DNA from: a virus
Taxonomy: Duplodnaviria > Caudoviricetes
DNA: 61,638 nucleotides
IMG/VR virus record: IMGVR_UViG_3300029309_000027
Span: 1 to 61,638 of that record
Reading direction: 5' to 3' (one strand)
Below the pieces are notes generated by a model. That model saw nothing but the letters and a program-made list of their open reading frames with translations. It did not search any database and was not told the DNA's origin. A program made the position numbers and the translations under genes. Of the stretch, positions 19,060 through 28,798 are shown in pieces. The first letter of the stretch is position 1; each line of letters starts with the position of its first letter.

Positions 19060-19289
19060 GGGTCTACAAAAAAGGGGGGAAGACCAAGAAGAAAGGTGGG
19101 GGAATGGCAGGTCTGTCTGCCGCTCAAAAAGAAGTGTATCGCAGAGGATTGGCTGCATACATGAGTTCTGGTAATAGACCCAAAGTCTCTCAGCACGCCT
19201 GGGCTATGGCGAGAGTGAAGTCTGATTTTGGCAGAAAAGAAGCGGCTAAGATTGCGGCTAAAGCCAAGAAAAAAGGGAAGAAGAAATAA
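19056..19289 (+). CDS. Small basic protein
   Basis: YKKGGK tag; VYRRGLAAY...SQHAWAMARV motif. Confidence 0.75.
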   Translation: MRVYKKGGKTKKKGGGMAGLSAAQKEVYRRGLAAYMSSGNRPKVSQHAWAMARVKSDFGRKEAAKIAAKAKKKGKKK

Positions 19290-19292
19290 CAT

Positions 19293-19300
19293 TATATTTG
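19293..19300 (+). promoter_or_regulatory. -7 promoter box TATATTTG for the head operon
   Basis: Intergenic TAnnTTTG. Confidence 0.75.
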
Positions 19301-19319
19301 TAGGTAAATACTAACAGTA

Positions 19320-19715
19320 ATGCCTACGACTACTGCCTCGATTACTCTATCCAGCTCGGACTTGACTGGGGACGCTCTGTCCCTGAGTACGACTTCGACG
19401 CTGACTAAGGCTGGCACGACTACTGGACTGGATCAAACTACTGGTGTGGGTCGTAAGACGACTACCTCCGTCTCTCAGTACACTCTTGTTGACAAAGCAG
19501 ATTATGCTGATGACAAAGCTCACAAGGTTTACATTAAAAATTGTAGCACCACTGCAACGGAGAACGCTATAGTCACTGTTGAATCTCAGCTCCTTGGTCG
19601 CCTCTACGCAGGTGATTGGTGCTTGCTCCCTTACAACGGGGACCAGGACATTAAGATCACCCCCAGCGTCAGCACTGCCTTCACGATTGAGTTCCTCGTT
19701 ATCTACGAAGCCTGA
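19320..19715 (+). CDS. Putative capsid auxiliary protein
   Basis: Thr/Ser-rich, beta-rich; in the head operon. Confidence 0.6.
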   Translation: MPTTTASITLSSSDLTGDALSLSTTSTLTKAGTTTGLDQTTGVGRKTTTSVSQYTLVDKADYADDKAHKVYIKNCSTTATENAIVTVESQLLGRLYAGDWCLLPYNGDQDIKITPSVSTAFTIEFLVIYEA

Positions 19716-20122
19716 TGGCATCGGTTAGAGCTAATCTTACGCTAGCCAGTCCAGGGGTGATGAGCTCACCTCTGAACCTGAACGTATCCAGCGCTTTCAC
19801 AGCAGACTCTGGTAGTCTGATCCGTGGTAAGGTGTTGGGGGTGGCTGCTGGTAGTGACGCCACTGTCATCTACAAGCCTAGCGATAAGCTCGATCGGGCA
19901 TACATCTACATCAGCAACCTGGATCAGGAGCGAGAGCATTTCATCTTCGTGTATGCTGATACTTCTTCTGACGACCCAGTTGTCATGAAGATTGCTGGTG
20001 GGGAGTTCGCCTTCTTCCCTGCCAAAAACGACATCAGCCTCAAGGCCTACGGCACTGAGGTAGACCAGATCATTGAATATGGAGTGTTCGGACTGGATAG
20101 CTCCGCAGTAAGACTTAGCTAA
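19715..20122 (+). CDS. Putative capsid auxiliary protein
   Basis: Similar layout to 19320 (YIxN...xLxAGE/D). Confidence 0.6.
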   Translation: MASVRANLTLASPGVMSSPLNLNVSSAFTADSGSLIRGKVLGVAAGSDATVIYKPSDKLDRAYIYISNLDQEREHFIFVYADTSSDDPVVMKIAGGEFAFFPAKNDISLKAYGTEVDQIIEYGVFGLDSSAVRLS

Positions 20123-20652
20123 TGCCGTTCACTGTATCTACTATCGCCCCCACTGTGTCTGACAACGCCCATGATCCAGGCGACGTGATGTTCAACCTCA
20201 CTGAGGTGAAACTTCCCGCTAGGGCTTGTAAGCTGATTAGCTGTTTTGCAGAGGTGGAAAATGGTGGTGGAGAAACAGACACCAAGATTGGCATTCTCTT
20301 CTTCAAGAAAAACACAACAGCAGCCTTAGGTGATTTGAACGCTACGGCAGACATTTCCGCTGCCAACTTCCTGGCCAACGAATACATAGGGCAGGCGTTT
20401 ATCGGATTGCACAACGGGAATAGCGAGCTGCAGTTGACGGTGGGGAGTACTGGTTTGTACTACCCCATGGCTGCGTTTGCAGACTCTGCCGCATCAGGTG
20501 CTGATGGCGAGCACTTCAGCGTTTTTGAACCGATGGTATTGCAAGGCGATGCAGGGAGTTCAGTGGTATATGCTGGCGGAGTCATTCACGACGGTGCGCC
20601 AGATTTTGATGGGACGGCAAACGTCAAGATTCACTTTCATTTTGAGTACTGA
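20122..20652 (+). CDS. Putative structural protein, paralog A
   Basis: Clear similarity to 20656-21210. Confidence 0.7.
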   Translation: MPFTVSTIAPTVSDNAHDPGDVMFNLTEVKLPARACKLISCFAEVENGGGETDTKIGILFFKKNTTAALGDLNATADISAANFLANEYIGQAFIGLHNGNSELQLTVGSTGLYYPMAAFADSAASGADGEHFSVFEPMVLQGDAGSSVVYAGGVIHDGAPDFDGTANVKIHFHFEY

Positions 20653-20655
20653 GTC

Positions 20656-21210
20656 ATGCCGTTCGACATCATTACCATCAACCCAGTGACTACGGCTGCT
20701 GCGTATGCAGCGGACGACGTGGCTTTTGACTTGACTAAAGTTGATCTGCCTTCGCGTGCGTGCAAGTTGATAAAGGTAGAAATGGAAGTCTCGGGCGGAA
20801 CGGAGGCAAACGACTGTAAAATCGGGATTCTTTTTTTCAGGAAGAATACTAACGCTTTTGGGACCGCCAATGGCGCTGTGTCAATTAGCGCTTCTGAGTT
20901 TACGGCTAACGAGTACATCGGTCAGACTTTCGTGGGGTTCAACGACAACTTGAATTCTAGTGATGGGGCTGGGTCTGAAACGTTACTCCCCAATGTCATC
21001 GACAACGTCGCGTTTTACTACGCTTGCCAGTGGTCCACAGATACGTCAGCCACAGGGCAAGACGGCGAAAGCAAAAGCCTCTTTGAGCCAATGGTGCTGG
21101 AGGGCACGGCAGGAAACACGGAAGTGTATGCTGCTGGCTTAATTCATGATGGCACCCCAACGTTTGGGGGTACTGATAAAGTTAAAATTCATTTTCACGT
21201 AGAGTATTAA
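20656..21210 (+). CDS. Putative structural protein, paralog B
   Basis: Shares LPxRACKLI, KIGILFFxKNT, ANEYIGQ, FEPMVLxG and VKIHFHxEY. Confidence 0.7.
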   Translation: MPFDIITINPVTTAAAYAADDVAFDLTKVDLPSRACKLIKVEMEVSGGTEANDCKIGILFFRKNTNAFGTANGAVSISASEFTANEYIGQTFVGFNDNLNSSDGAGSETLLPNVIDNVAFYYACQWSTDTSATGQDGESKSLFEPMVLEGTAGNTEVYAAGLIHDGTPTFGGTDKVKIHFHVEY

Positions 21211-21214
21211 TACA

Positions 21215-22393
21215 ATGGAACAAGAAGCACAAGTACAAGAGCCTGCCGTCGAGCAGGCTCCCGCACAAGAAGCGGTAACGGAGACTGTACAGGAAGCCCC
21301 TGTACAAGAGACTCAACCTGAAGCCCCTGTACAGGAGGCGCCAGCACCTGAGAACCCACCTCCGTTTGAGATCTTTGACAGCCCGCAAGATCTTGCGGCC
21401 AGCATGCAGCGAGACGCTGCCCAGGCTGCGCCAGTCGAGCAGGTTGTAGAGCAGGAGCAAAGCGCTCCACAGCCTGAGTACGTCCCACAGGAGGATCGTC
21501 AGATCCAACCTGAGCCGTACCAGCAACAGCGGTATTCGCAACAGGATGTTGAGGGTGCTGTACTGGGTTTCCTGAGCGAGAGGCTAGGGAGACAGTTCAG
21601 TTCTTTGGACGAGCTTGCACAACCGCAGTACGATCAGACGCTTGCGCCGATCGCCAAATTTGTACAGGATACTGGGAGACGCCCAGAGGATTGGTTCCGT
21701 TATCAGTCGCTCAATACGTCCGAGATGGACGATATGACTGCCGTGCGGATCCACACTGCTTCTGAGCATCCTAACCTGACTGGCGAAGAGCTCAATCTAC
21801 TGGTCAATAGGAAGTATAGCGTGTCGTCGGAGGGTTCCGAAGACGATAAGCGAATGGCCCAACTTCAGTTGAAGATGGATGCAGCGAAGGCACGGGAGAC
21901 CATTGAGTCTTTCCGTTCTAGTTACATGACTCCAAAAGAGGTCGAGACCCCCGTCGAAGACGAGCAACCGCTTGTCGATGAGCGCTGGGTGTCTGAGATG
22001 TCTTACAACGTAGACGCTATGGAAGGTGTTGAGTTTGATCTGGGTGGCGAAAAGTCATTCACGTTTGGACTTGACGACCAGTACAAGCAAGAGCTCAAGT
22101 ACAAGAATGCCAACCTGGAGAACTTCTTCGACCCCTACGTCAATGAGGCGGGGGAATGGGACTACGACCTTTTGTCGTCTCACCGTGTCGTAATCGATAA
22201 CATCGATAAAATCGTTCAGTCTGCCTATCGGCAGGGTATGAGCGAGGGACAGCGCGGAGTGGTGAATACGGCTGCTAACGTCCAGGCCAAACCAACAGAC
22301 GACGTGTCTGGACAGCAAAACTCAAATCCGCTTGGCGAACAAGTCAGGCAGATCCTTAACAACAACAGGTCCACTTTGACCTTCAACATCTAA
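21215..22393 (+). CDS. Capsid scaffold protein
   Basis: Acidic, low-complexity N-terminus (EAPVQE repeats); directly upstream of MCP. Confidence 0.7.
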   Translation: MEQEAQVQEPAVEQAPAQEAVTETVQEAPVQETQPEAPVQEAPAPENPPPFEIFDSPQDLAASMQRDAAQAAPVEQVVEQEQSAPQPEYVPQEDRQIQPEPYQQQRYSQQDVEGAVLGFLSERLGRQFSSLDELAQPQYDQTLAPIAKFVQDTGRRPEDWFRYQSLNTSEMDDMTAVRIHTASEHPNLTGEELNLLVNRKYSVSSEGSEDDKRMAQLQLKMDAAKARETIESFRSSYMTPKEVETPVEDEQPLVDERWVSEMSYNVDAMEGVEFDLGGEKSFTFGLDDQYKQELKYKNANLENFFDPYVNEAGEWDYDLLSSHRVVIDNIDKIVQSAYRQGMSEGQRGVVNTAANVQAKPTDDVSGQQNSNPLGEQVRQILNNNRSTLTFNI

Positions 22394-22409
22394 GTAAAAA
22401 AAAGAAACC

Positions 22410-23825
22410 ATGGCAACTATTGCTGGCGCCATCACTGATGGCCAATCAACCCAAGCTCAGGCGGCACTCGAATTCCGAGCGAACCCTGAAACCTACACCA
22501 CGCTCAACGACCTGATCAAGACGACGAAGGACTTCGTCATGCCTGATCTGGTTGAGACGTTTGGTAACCAAGGCATCACGGGCTTCCTTGAGCTCACTGG
22601 TGCAGTTAAAAGCGGCGGAACCTCCGACCAGATCGACTGGTACGAGGTGGGGCGCCGCCACAGAGTCCTGAACTACACGTCGGGTAACACCTCCGATACG
22701 GGTGCTGGCGTGAGTGTGACCTGCACGGACACTGAAATCGTCAACAACGTTCAGCTCAACGACGTGCTCATGGAAGTCGATACGGGCTCCCGCTTTATCG
22801 TTCAGTCTGGTGGTTTCGGTACGGGCTCTGCTGTGTCTCCTGTGATCCTCGTCACGCTTGACGGTGGCACGTTCGGGTCGACAGACATTGATGTCAGTAC
22901 TAACGGTAGCTTCATCAAGCTGGGCAACATGTACGCTCAAGGTTCTGAGCAGCCTGGTGCCTACAACGAAACTGACGTTCACAAGCGGAGCAACCCGTTC
23001 ATGATTGTCAAGGGTCGTCACGAAGTCAACGGTTCTCAAGCCACGAACATCGGCTGGGTTAACCTCGGTGGCGGTGAGTACCGCTGGTTTATGTACGCAG
23101 AGCAAGAGGCTCGTAAGCGTTTCGAGGACCAGCGTGAAATGATGCTCCTCTTCGGAGAGCAATACATCACTTCTGGGGGTGGCACGAATCTCACGGAAGA
23201 CCTGGCTGGATCTGACGGTTACTTTACGCAAGTAGAGAACTTCGGCATCAACATCACTGGTGCTAACGGCAACCCAATCGACAGCTTCGCAGAGATCGAC
23301 GATATCATCCTCGAGCTCGATAAGGTCGGTGCTCCTGCCGAGTACGCTATGTACTTGAACAGAAAGCAAGACTTGGCTATCGACGACATGCTCGCTTCTG
23401 GTATCGCTACCTCTGTTACGGCTGGTCTGCCTGGTCAGTTTGGTGCTTTCCAAAATCAGCCTGATATTGCCGTCCAGCTCGGATTCAAGAGCTTCACGCG
23501 TGGTGGTTACACCTTCCACAAGCACGACTGGAAGCTGCTGAACGATCCGACTTTGCTCGGTGCCAGCACGGTGTACCAGGGGGCAATGGTCCCGCTGGCC
23601 AACGTGGCTGACCCGCGCACGGGTAACACGGCTCCGTCCCTGGCTATGTACTACAAGGAGGCCAACGGCTACAGCCGTGAGATGGAGCACTGGGTGACTG
23701 GTGGTGGCGTCCTCGGACACAACAACAACGGCGACGCTGGTAAAGACCAAGCGGTCTTCCACTACCGCTCTGAGTGCAACTTGATTGTCCGCGCTGCTAA
23801 CCAGCACGTAGTCATCAAGGGCTAA
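22410..23825 (+). CDS. Major capsid protein
   Basis: 471 aa; follows scaffold; strong codon bias; WYEVGRRH, LGFKSFTRGGYTFHKHDWKLL; 3' stabilising hairpin. Confidence 0.88.
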   Translation: MATIAGAITDGQSTQAQAALEFRANPETYTTLNDLIKTTKDFVMPDLVETFGNQGITGFLELTGAVKSGGTSDQIDWYEVGRRHRVLNYTSGNTSDTGAGVSVTCTDTEIVNNVQLNDVLMEVDTGSRFIVQSGGFGTGSAVSPVILVTLDGGTFGSTDIDVSTNGSFIKLGNMYAQGSEQPGAYNETDVHKRSNPFMIVKGRHEVNGSQATNIGWVNLGGGEYRWFMYAEQEARKRFEDQREMMLLFGEQYITSGGGTNLTEDLAGSDGYFTQVENFGINITGANGNPIDSFAEIDDIILELDKVGAPAEYAMYLNRKQDLAIDDMLASGIATSVTAGLPGQFGAFQNQPDIAVQLGFKSFTRGGYTFHKHDWKLLNDPTLLGASTVYQGAMVPLANVADPRTGNTAPSLAMYYKEANGYSREMEHWVTGGGVLGHNNNGDAGKDQAVFHYRSECNLIVRAANQHVVIKG

Positions 23826-23838
23826 TAACCTGAAGTGA

Positions 23839-23866
23839 GAGAGAGGGCCCTTCGGGGTTCTCTCTC
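23839..23866 (+). terminator. cUUCGg hairpin after MCP (no U-tract; stabiliser or weak terminator)
   Basis: GAGAGAGGGCCC-TTCG-GGGTTCTCTCTC. Confidence 0.75.
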
Positions 23867-23888
23867 AACCTTCACAATCCATAATATT

Positions 23889-24374
23889 ATGATTAAAACA
23901 TATCCTGGAGGAGCCCAGATCGTTGCAAAGAAACTCGTTACTGATGAAGCTCTCGTAAGCGCTGGTAGCAGCGTCATTATGGGCATCAATCAGCCCGCCA
24001 ATAGTTTTGTCGAGAAGATTTACTTGAGAGTCTTGGAGGCTCCCTTGATTAGTTCTGGCAACATTATGCTAGAGGTTGGAACTGAAAGTGATGATCCAGA
24101 TGACTTTGTCACTGACGCTAGTGGGTCAGACAATATTCTCGATGGGGGAACTACCCTACCCGTTAATACTGTCTTTGATTTGACTAGCGCTACTGGAACT
24201 TCCACATTCCCGAGTCCTGACTTTGCTACTGGCGACGCGAGTGCTGAAACAGACACCGCACCTAACACCTGCATCACAGAGGACAGAGGATTGTTTTTGA
24301 AGTTTACTACTTCGACTGCAGTCACTACCCCTGGCAAGTTTGAAATTACATTCGTTTTTAGAGTTTTTGAATAA
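23889..24374 (+). CDS. Putative head decoration protein
   Basis: Start MIKTYPGG at 23889; follows MCP. Confidence 0.6.
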   Translation: MIKTYPGGAQIVAKKLVTDEALVSAGSSVIMGINQPANSFVEKIYLRVLEAPLISSGNIMLEVGTESDDPDDFVTDASGSDNILDGGTTLPVNTVFDLTSATGTSTFPSPDFATGDASAETDTAPNTCITEDRGLFLKFTTSTAVTTPGKFEITFVFRVFE

Positions 24375-24847
24375 TGGCTGAAGTAACGCAACTCCCAAGT
24401 GTTGTCTGCGCCAACTTGCAGACTGCCAACCGACACGACGACTTCTTTGATATCGTTGTAGAGGCTGGCGACTTCACGGCTGTGGCTGGCAAGGAGTACG
24501 GGCTGAACAAGGCAGCAGGCATTGCTGTCACGCTCCCCGCTTCTACGCCTGGTGCCCGCATCAGCTTCTTCAACGTTGCTGATGTCACGTCGAACGCCCA
24601 CGTCATCACGGCTGCTACTGGAGATCTGCTCAAGGGCTACGCCTTTATCCGCGATGAGGCCGATGGCGCCGCTAACGACTTCAAGCACTTTGCACCTGAC
24701 GGGAGTGATGACTTGATCATCACCCTCAACGGTAGCACGAAAGGTGGTCTGATTGGCGACCGCATCGAGCTTATCGGCACCCCTGGTGGCTGGAACGTGC
24801 GCTGCATCCTGAGCGGTGCAGGTACGCTTGAAACTCCGTTCAGCTGA
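24374..24847 (+). CDS. Putative head fibre/decoration protein
   Basis: VTLPASTPG...ITLNGSTKGG...TPFS pattern. Confidence 0.65.
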   Translation: MAEVTQLPSVVCANLQTANRHDDFFDIVVEAGDFTAVAGKEYGLNKAAGIAVTLPASTPGARISFFNVADVTSNAHVITAATGDLLKGYAFIRDEADGAANDFKHFAPDGSDDLIITLNGSTKGGLIGDRIELIGTPGGWNVRCILSGAGTLETPFS

Positions 24848-24865
24848 TAGCACATCTGATACACG

Positions 24866-24893
24866 AAAAGGGCCCCCTAGTGGGGCCTTTTTT
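24866..24893 (+). terminator. Intrinsic (likely bidirectional) terminator
   Basis: AAAAG-GGCCCC-CTAGT-GGGGCC-TTTTTT. Confidence 0.85.
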
Positions 24894-24899
24894 ATTTCG

Positions 24900-24907
24900 T
24901 ATTTTTG
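24900..24907 (+). promoter_or_regulatory. -7 promoter box TATTTTTG (4 nt before ATG 24912)
   Basis: TAnnTTTG directly after the terminator. Confidence 0.65.
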
Positions 24908-24911
24908 ATTG

Positions 24912-26192
24912 ATGGCAAGCGATAAGTACTTCCTGTTCAGGACTGGGGATATCACTGAGTTCAGTGAGGTCTTCACAGACACTGGTGAAAACCTTTCTTT
25001 ACTGTCTATCAGCACAGACCAGGTAGCGTACATCACTGGTAAGCAAGGGAGCGTAGTGGTCGTGTTCAACAACGCTGGCCTGTACGACAGTTTCCAGGGG
25101 ACAAGCCGAGAGGCGTTGACTAAAACTCGTATGGAGATATCGTGTGATATTGGAGAGGAGTTTAAATTAGTTCGCAGGATCACAGACTTCATCACCAACC
25201 CCTCTCCTGTACGCAGGGTTTTGGAGTTCGATGCTGTCACTTCTAGCAGCAGCTTCAAGGAATCTAAACCATCCACGCTGAAGCCTTTGCTACCTAAGTT
25301 CCCTGTCGTTATGGCTACACAGGAAATCAGCGATGACCCTGCATCAATTGACCTGACGCAGACGACCACCACCACCATTGCGGACATCACGTTCCCTGCC
25401 CCGTCTTTGATGCCGATCATCGACTACAACGAAACTGGGTTGGCTGGACTTGGTGTGGGTGACCAAGTGGGGGCGACCAACACTTGGGCCAACGCTGGTA
25501 CTGGAGGCACTACATTCGACATCACAAACGATACAGGAATTCCAGACGTACAAAGGGACAACGGGATTATGGGGGGCAGTGACCTTGCTGTACAGTTTAC
25601 CAGCTCTGAAACTTTGCACTTGGCTAATACTTTGGAAATAAAGGATAGCTACACTGCATACATGGTAGTGGGGACAACAGGACCATACGGTGCGTTTGGT
25701 GGCAGCATCTTCGCTCACTCTACTGATGGCACATATATTGGTTTTGGATCATCAGTAGTGTTTTCTAGCCCCAACACTGATGAGTTTCACGTAAGCCATG
25801 CTGTAGGAACCTTATATAGGCGTGCTTTTGTAAACACAAATAACACTGAGTTTGATACGCAACAGTATAAAATACCCGACCCATTGCTAGACAATGACGA
25901 TGTAAACACATCTACCTTTGAGGGACAGCAGACTTACGTGTTTGTTTTGCGTAGAGATAAAGAGAACAACCTTTACCTACACAACCACTTGGGGAGTATA
26001 GTAGGGTTTATACCTAAAAATTTAGAGGTAGGAAACTTCCGAACTAACGGACCGCTTACTATCAACCGCATAGGTGGCGATGCATTTCGCCACAATATAG
26101 CCCGTGTGGGAGTTATACCTAGTGATATTGGAGGGGCAGCTGCAAAGAAGTTGGCGATAGACTTACACGAAAAATACCAATTCTCTGTTTGA
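24912..26192 (+). CDS. Structural protein with probable LamG/ConA-like C-terminal domain
   Basis: YTAYMVV...FVLRRD...LYLH...INRIGG pattern. Confidence 0.55.
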   Translation: MASDKYFLFRTGDITEFSEVFTDTGENLSLLSISTDQVAYITGKQGSVVVVFNNAGLYDSFQGTSREALTKTRMEISCDIGEEFKLVRRITDFITNPSPVRRVLEFDAVTSSSSFKESKPSTLKPLLPKFPVVMATQEISDDPASIDLTQTTTTTIADITFPAPSLMPIIDYNETGLAGLGVGDQVGATNTWANAGTGGTTFDITNDTGIPDVQRDNGIMGGSDLAVQFTSSETLHLANTLEIKDSYTAYMVVGTTGPYGAFGGSIFAHSTDGTYIGFGSSVVFSSPNTDEFHVSHAVGTLYRRAFVNTNNTEFDTQQYKIPDPLLDNDDVNTSTFEGQQTYVFVLRRDKENNLYLHNHLGSIVGFIPKNLEVGNFRTNGPLTINRIGGDAFRHNIARVGVIPSDIGGAAAKKLAIDLHEKYQFSV

Positions 26193-26193
26193 T

Positions 26194-26201
26194 TATATTT
26201 G
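26194..26201 (+). promoter_or_regulatory. -7 promoter box TATATTTG
   Basis: Intergenic TAnnTTTG. Confidence 0.75.
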
Positions 26202-26218
26202 TAGCAAATTCAATTTAA

Positions 26219-27052
26219 ATGAGTGAAGCTACAACACAGCGACGTCCAGGTCGCCCTAAGAAATCTGTCTCCCCTGAGGCAAAAGAGGCTACTAAGCCTA
26301 CCCCAAAAAAGAACATCGTCCGCCGCAAAGAGGAGGTCATCAGCCACGCCGAGTTTGAGATCCCGAAGAACGCTGGAGTCGTGACTCTTCTGCCTCAGAA
26401 GGGTGTCACCATTTACGACGAGGAGAACGACACGGTGCGAGAGATCCGCTACTGCCCTAACGAACCCAGTATCTACACAGATGAGCAAGGGGACAAGGCC
26501 AAGCGTGAGGCCGTGGTCTTTCGCGATGGCCGCATCTTCGTCCCAAAGAATAAGCCTCAGCTCCGCAAGTTTCTGGAGTTGCATCCAGACAACATGGACA
26601 ACGGCGGACGGCTGTTCCGAAAAGTAGATAAGAAGGCCGATGCAGAAAAGGAGCTGCATCGCGAGTTTCTCCAAACTGATGCTATCACTATGGTGAGAGA
26701 CAAAGCTATTGAAGAGCTTCTCCCTATCGCCATTTACTTCGGGTATAACATCAACGCTTCGACTAGCGACATCAGGTTCAACCTGCTTCAGAAAGCCAAG
26801 AAGCACCCGCAGGAGTTTATCGAAGCTTTCGACAGCCCACAGGTGCAAGTGAGATCGGTGGTGCAACAGGCCAAAGAATACCAGTTCATTGCTGCCAAGG
26901 ACAGCGGTGTATACTGGTTCGATAGCAACCAGCTGATTGTGTCTGTACCAGCAGGCATGGATCCGCTCGACGTTATGACTCGATTCTGTATGACCGAGAA
27001 AGGAGCTGCAGTGCTGAGTAACCTGGAGGAGAAGCTACAGAAGCTAGCGTAA
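26219..27052 (+). CDS. Conserved phage protein of the head-tail block
   Basis: IRYCPNEPSIYTDEQ, FLELHPDN; N-terminal AT-hook-like PGRPKK. Confidence 0.75.
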   Translation: MSEATTQRRPGRPKKSVSPEAKEATKPTPKKNIVRRKEEVISHAEFEIPKNAGVVTLLPQKGVTIYDEENDTVREIRYCPNEPSIYTDEQGDKAKREAVVFRDGRIFVPKNKPQLRKFLELHPDNMDNGGRLFRKVDKKADAEKELHREFLQTDAITMVRDKAIEELLPIAIYFGYNINASTSDIRFNLLQKAKKHPQEFIEAFDSPQVQVRSVVQQAKEYQFIAAKDSGVYWFDSNQLIVSVPAGMDPLDVMTRFCMTEKGAAVLSNLEEKLQKLA

Positions 27053-27069
27053 CCCTCTGGTATACAGAT

Positions 27070-27100
27070 GAGAAGGCCGCCTTGTGCGGCCTTTTCTTGT
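27070..27100 (+). terminator. Intrinsic terminator
   Basis: GAGAAGGCCGC-CTTGT-GCGGCCTTTTC-TTGT. Confidence 0.8.
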
Positions 27101-27108
27101 TATATTTG
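27101..27108 (+). promoter_or_regulatory. -7 promoter box TATATTTG (5 nt before ATG 27114)
   Basis: TAnnTTTG abutting the terminator. Confidence 0.75.
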
Positions 27109-27113
27109 TAGCT

Positions 27114-27935
27114 ATGGTCAGCATTGTTAGGGTATACAACATTGTTAGGGACATAGCGAACAAAGATCAGAAGGGATTTATCTCCCCTAACGTGTTCAAC
27201 TCGTTCGCTAGAGTGGCCCAGCAGAACATCTTCAATGAGATGTTCAATGAGATGAAGTTGGCTACAGCTTTGCGTCGCTCTGGCCGTGATGCTGGCCGAG
27301 ACAAGTCGGCCTACAAAATGGTGGAGGAGGACCTGTCAACTTATATCATCAACTTAGTTGTTGAGGACGAAGATGCGTTACAAACCGCTGAGGACGGAAC
27401 CAATCCTGACGGGGCTTTTGTTTTTCGTAGGCCCAGGGATTTTGCTCGCATCATCAGCATGACCGTCACTGACACCAACACTTCGATGGAGTTGATCAGT
27501 GACAGTGAGAAAGTAAACCGCATCCTAAACAGCAATCTCTCTGCACCTACTCAAGAGTTCCCTGTTGCCCTCGAGATGAACGAAGTCTTCGAGGTCTTCC
27601 CTGACACCATTGATGCTGTGTCATTGAGGTACTACAGACAGCCTGGGGGTAGAGCAGAGGCGAATGTTACTGTAGGTGAGTTTGTGGCAGGTGCTTTTGT
27701 GACGACAGATTATGTGCAAGGAGATCTCATCCCTAACAGTCAGCCGACTTTTGTTGCTGACACTGTAAATGACGACACGGGCTTTATCGTCCCCAACTTG
27801 AATCAGAGTAGAGGATTTGACTTGCCAGCTCACTACATACAAGAAGTGGTGATGGAAATCCTTCAGCTGATCGGAGTCAGGCTTAGAGATCAACTCCTGC
27901 AGCAATACGGACTTCTTGAAACCCAAGCTGAATAA
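27114..27935 (+). CDS. Tail ring/adaptor protein (crAss-like)
   Basis: NKDQKGFISPNVFNSFARVAQ motif; position. Confidence 0.7.
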   Translation: MVSIVRVYNIVRDIANKDQKGFISPNVFNSFARVAQQNIFNEMFNEMKLATALRRSGRDAGRDKSAYKMVEEDLSTYIINLVVEDEDALQTAEDGTNPDGAFVFRRPRDFARIISMTVTDTNTSMELISDSEKVNRILNSNLSAPTQEFPVALEMNEVFEVFPDTIDAVSLRYYRQPGGRAEANVTVGEFVAGAFVTTDYVQGDLIPNSQPTFVADTVNDDTGFIVPNLNQSRGFDLPAHYIQEVVMEILQLIGVRLRDQLLQQYGLLETQAE

Positions 27936-28798
27936 TGGCAAACATCAACCCAGCTGATGGCACAATGAACCACGTCAGTCTCCGCCAGGTGATTGACGAT
28001 TTCATTATTACCATGGACAGCGATGACTACATCAGTAACGTCAACGACGCTGCAATTAGAAACATCGCGCTCAGAGGCATTAGAGAGTTTGGTTTTGACG
28101 TTACGTCTCGAATCCGATCCCTGAAGCGAACAATAAACTCTAACAGCACTGTAACCCTACCTGACGACTATGTCGATCTCACCAAAATTGGTGTGGTGGT
28201 TGACGGGATTGTCTATGTGTTGGGGGAGAACAAGAACATCAATATCTCTCAGAAGATTGAGGATGCTGATAGTGATGGAGACGTAGGGACGGATCAGTTC
28301 GACGACGGTGTTTTGGACATTGTTGCCAATCGAATCCAGGATAGAACTGACGACACCACAGATACCTCTGGGGGAGGGGATAGCGACAACGACTACGACT
28401 TCTATGTATTCCAGAACTACCTGTATCAAGGCGGGCTGGGCAGATTGTATGGGGCTGGAGGTGGACATATGCGGGGTAACTACCGCATCAACCTCGATCA
28501 GAACCGCATTGAGTTAGATACAGATATTGACACGACTGAGGTGGTGATCGAGTATGTCGCCGACGAAGCCAGGTCTACTTACCCTGTCATCCACACCTAC
28601 GCAGAAGAGGCTCTGAGGTGTTACATGTACTACAAGCTCTGCGAAAGGAAGTCTACAGTTCCTGCTGGCGAGAAGGCTCGAGCCAGACAGGAGTATTACA
28701 ACGAGCGTAGAAAGGCTAAGGCGCGTATGAACAACTTCACCAAGCACGAAGCCTTGAAGACCATTAGACAGAACTTCAGACAGTCGCCCAAGTACTGA
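27935..28798 (+). CDS. Tail ring/tubular protein
   Basis: LPDDYVDLTKIG, VIEYVAD, AEEALRCY. Confidence 0.7.
   Translation: MANINPADGTMNHVSLRQVIDDFIITMDSDDYISNVNDAAIRNIALRGIREFGFDVTSRIRSLKRTINSNSTVTLPDDYVDLTKIGVVVDGIVYVLGENKNINISQKIEDADSDGDVGTDQFDDGVLDIVANRIQDRTDDTTDTSGGGDSDNDYDFYVFQNYLYQGGLGRLYGAGGGHMRGNYRINLDQNRIELDTDIDTTEVVIEYVADEARSTYPVIHTYAEEALRCYMYYKLCERKSTVPAGEKARARQEYYNERRKAKARMNNFTKHEALKTIRQNFRQSPKY

Noticed and set aside
22446-23807. 453-aa antisense ORF inside the major capsid gene
   Set aside because: Shadow ORF expected from the strong codon bias of the sense gene; no promoter or protein-like motifs.
24020-25420. 466-aa antisense ORF
   Set aside because: Spans three sense genes and a bidirectional terminator; consistent with a shadow frame.
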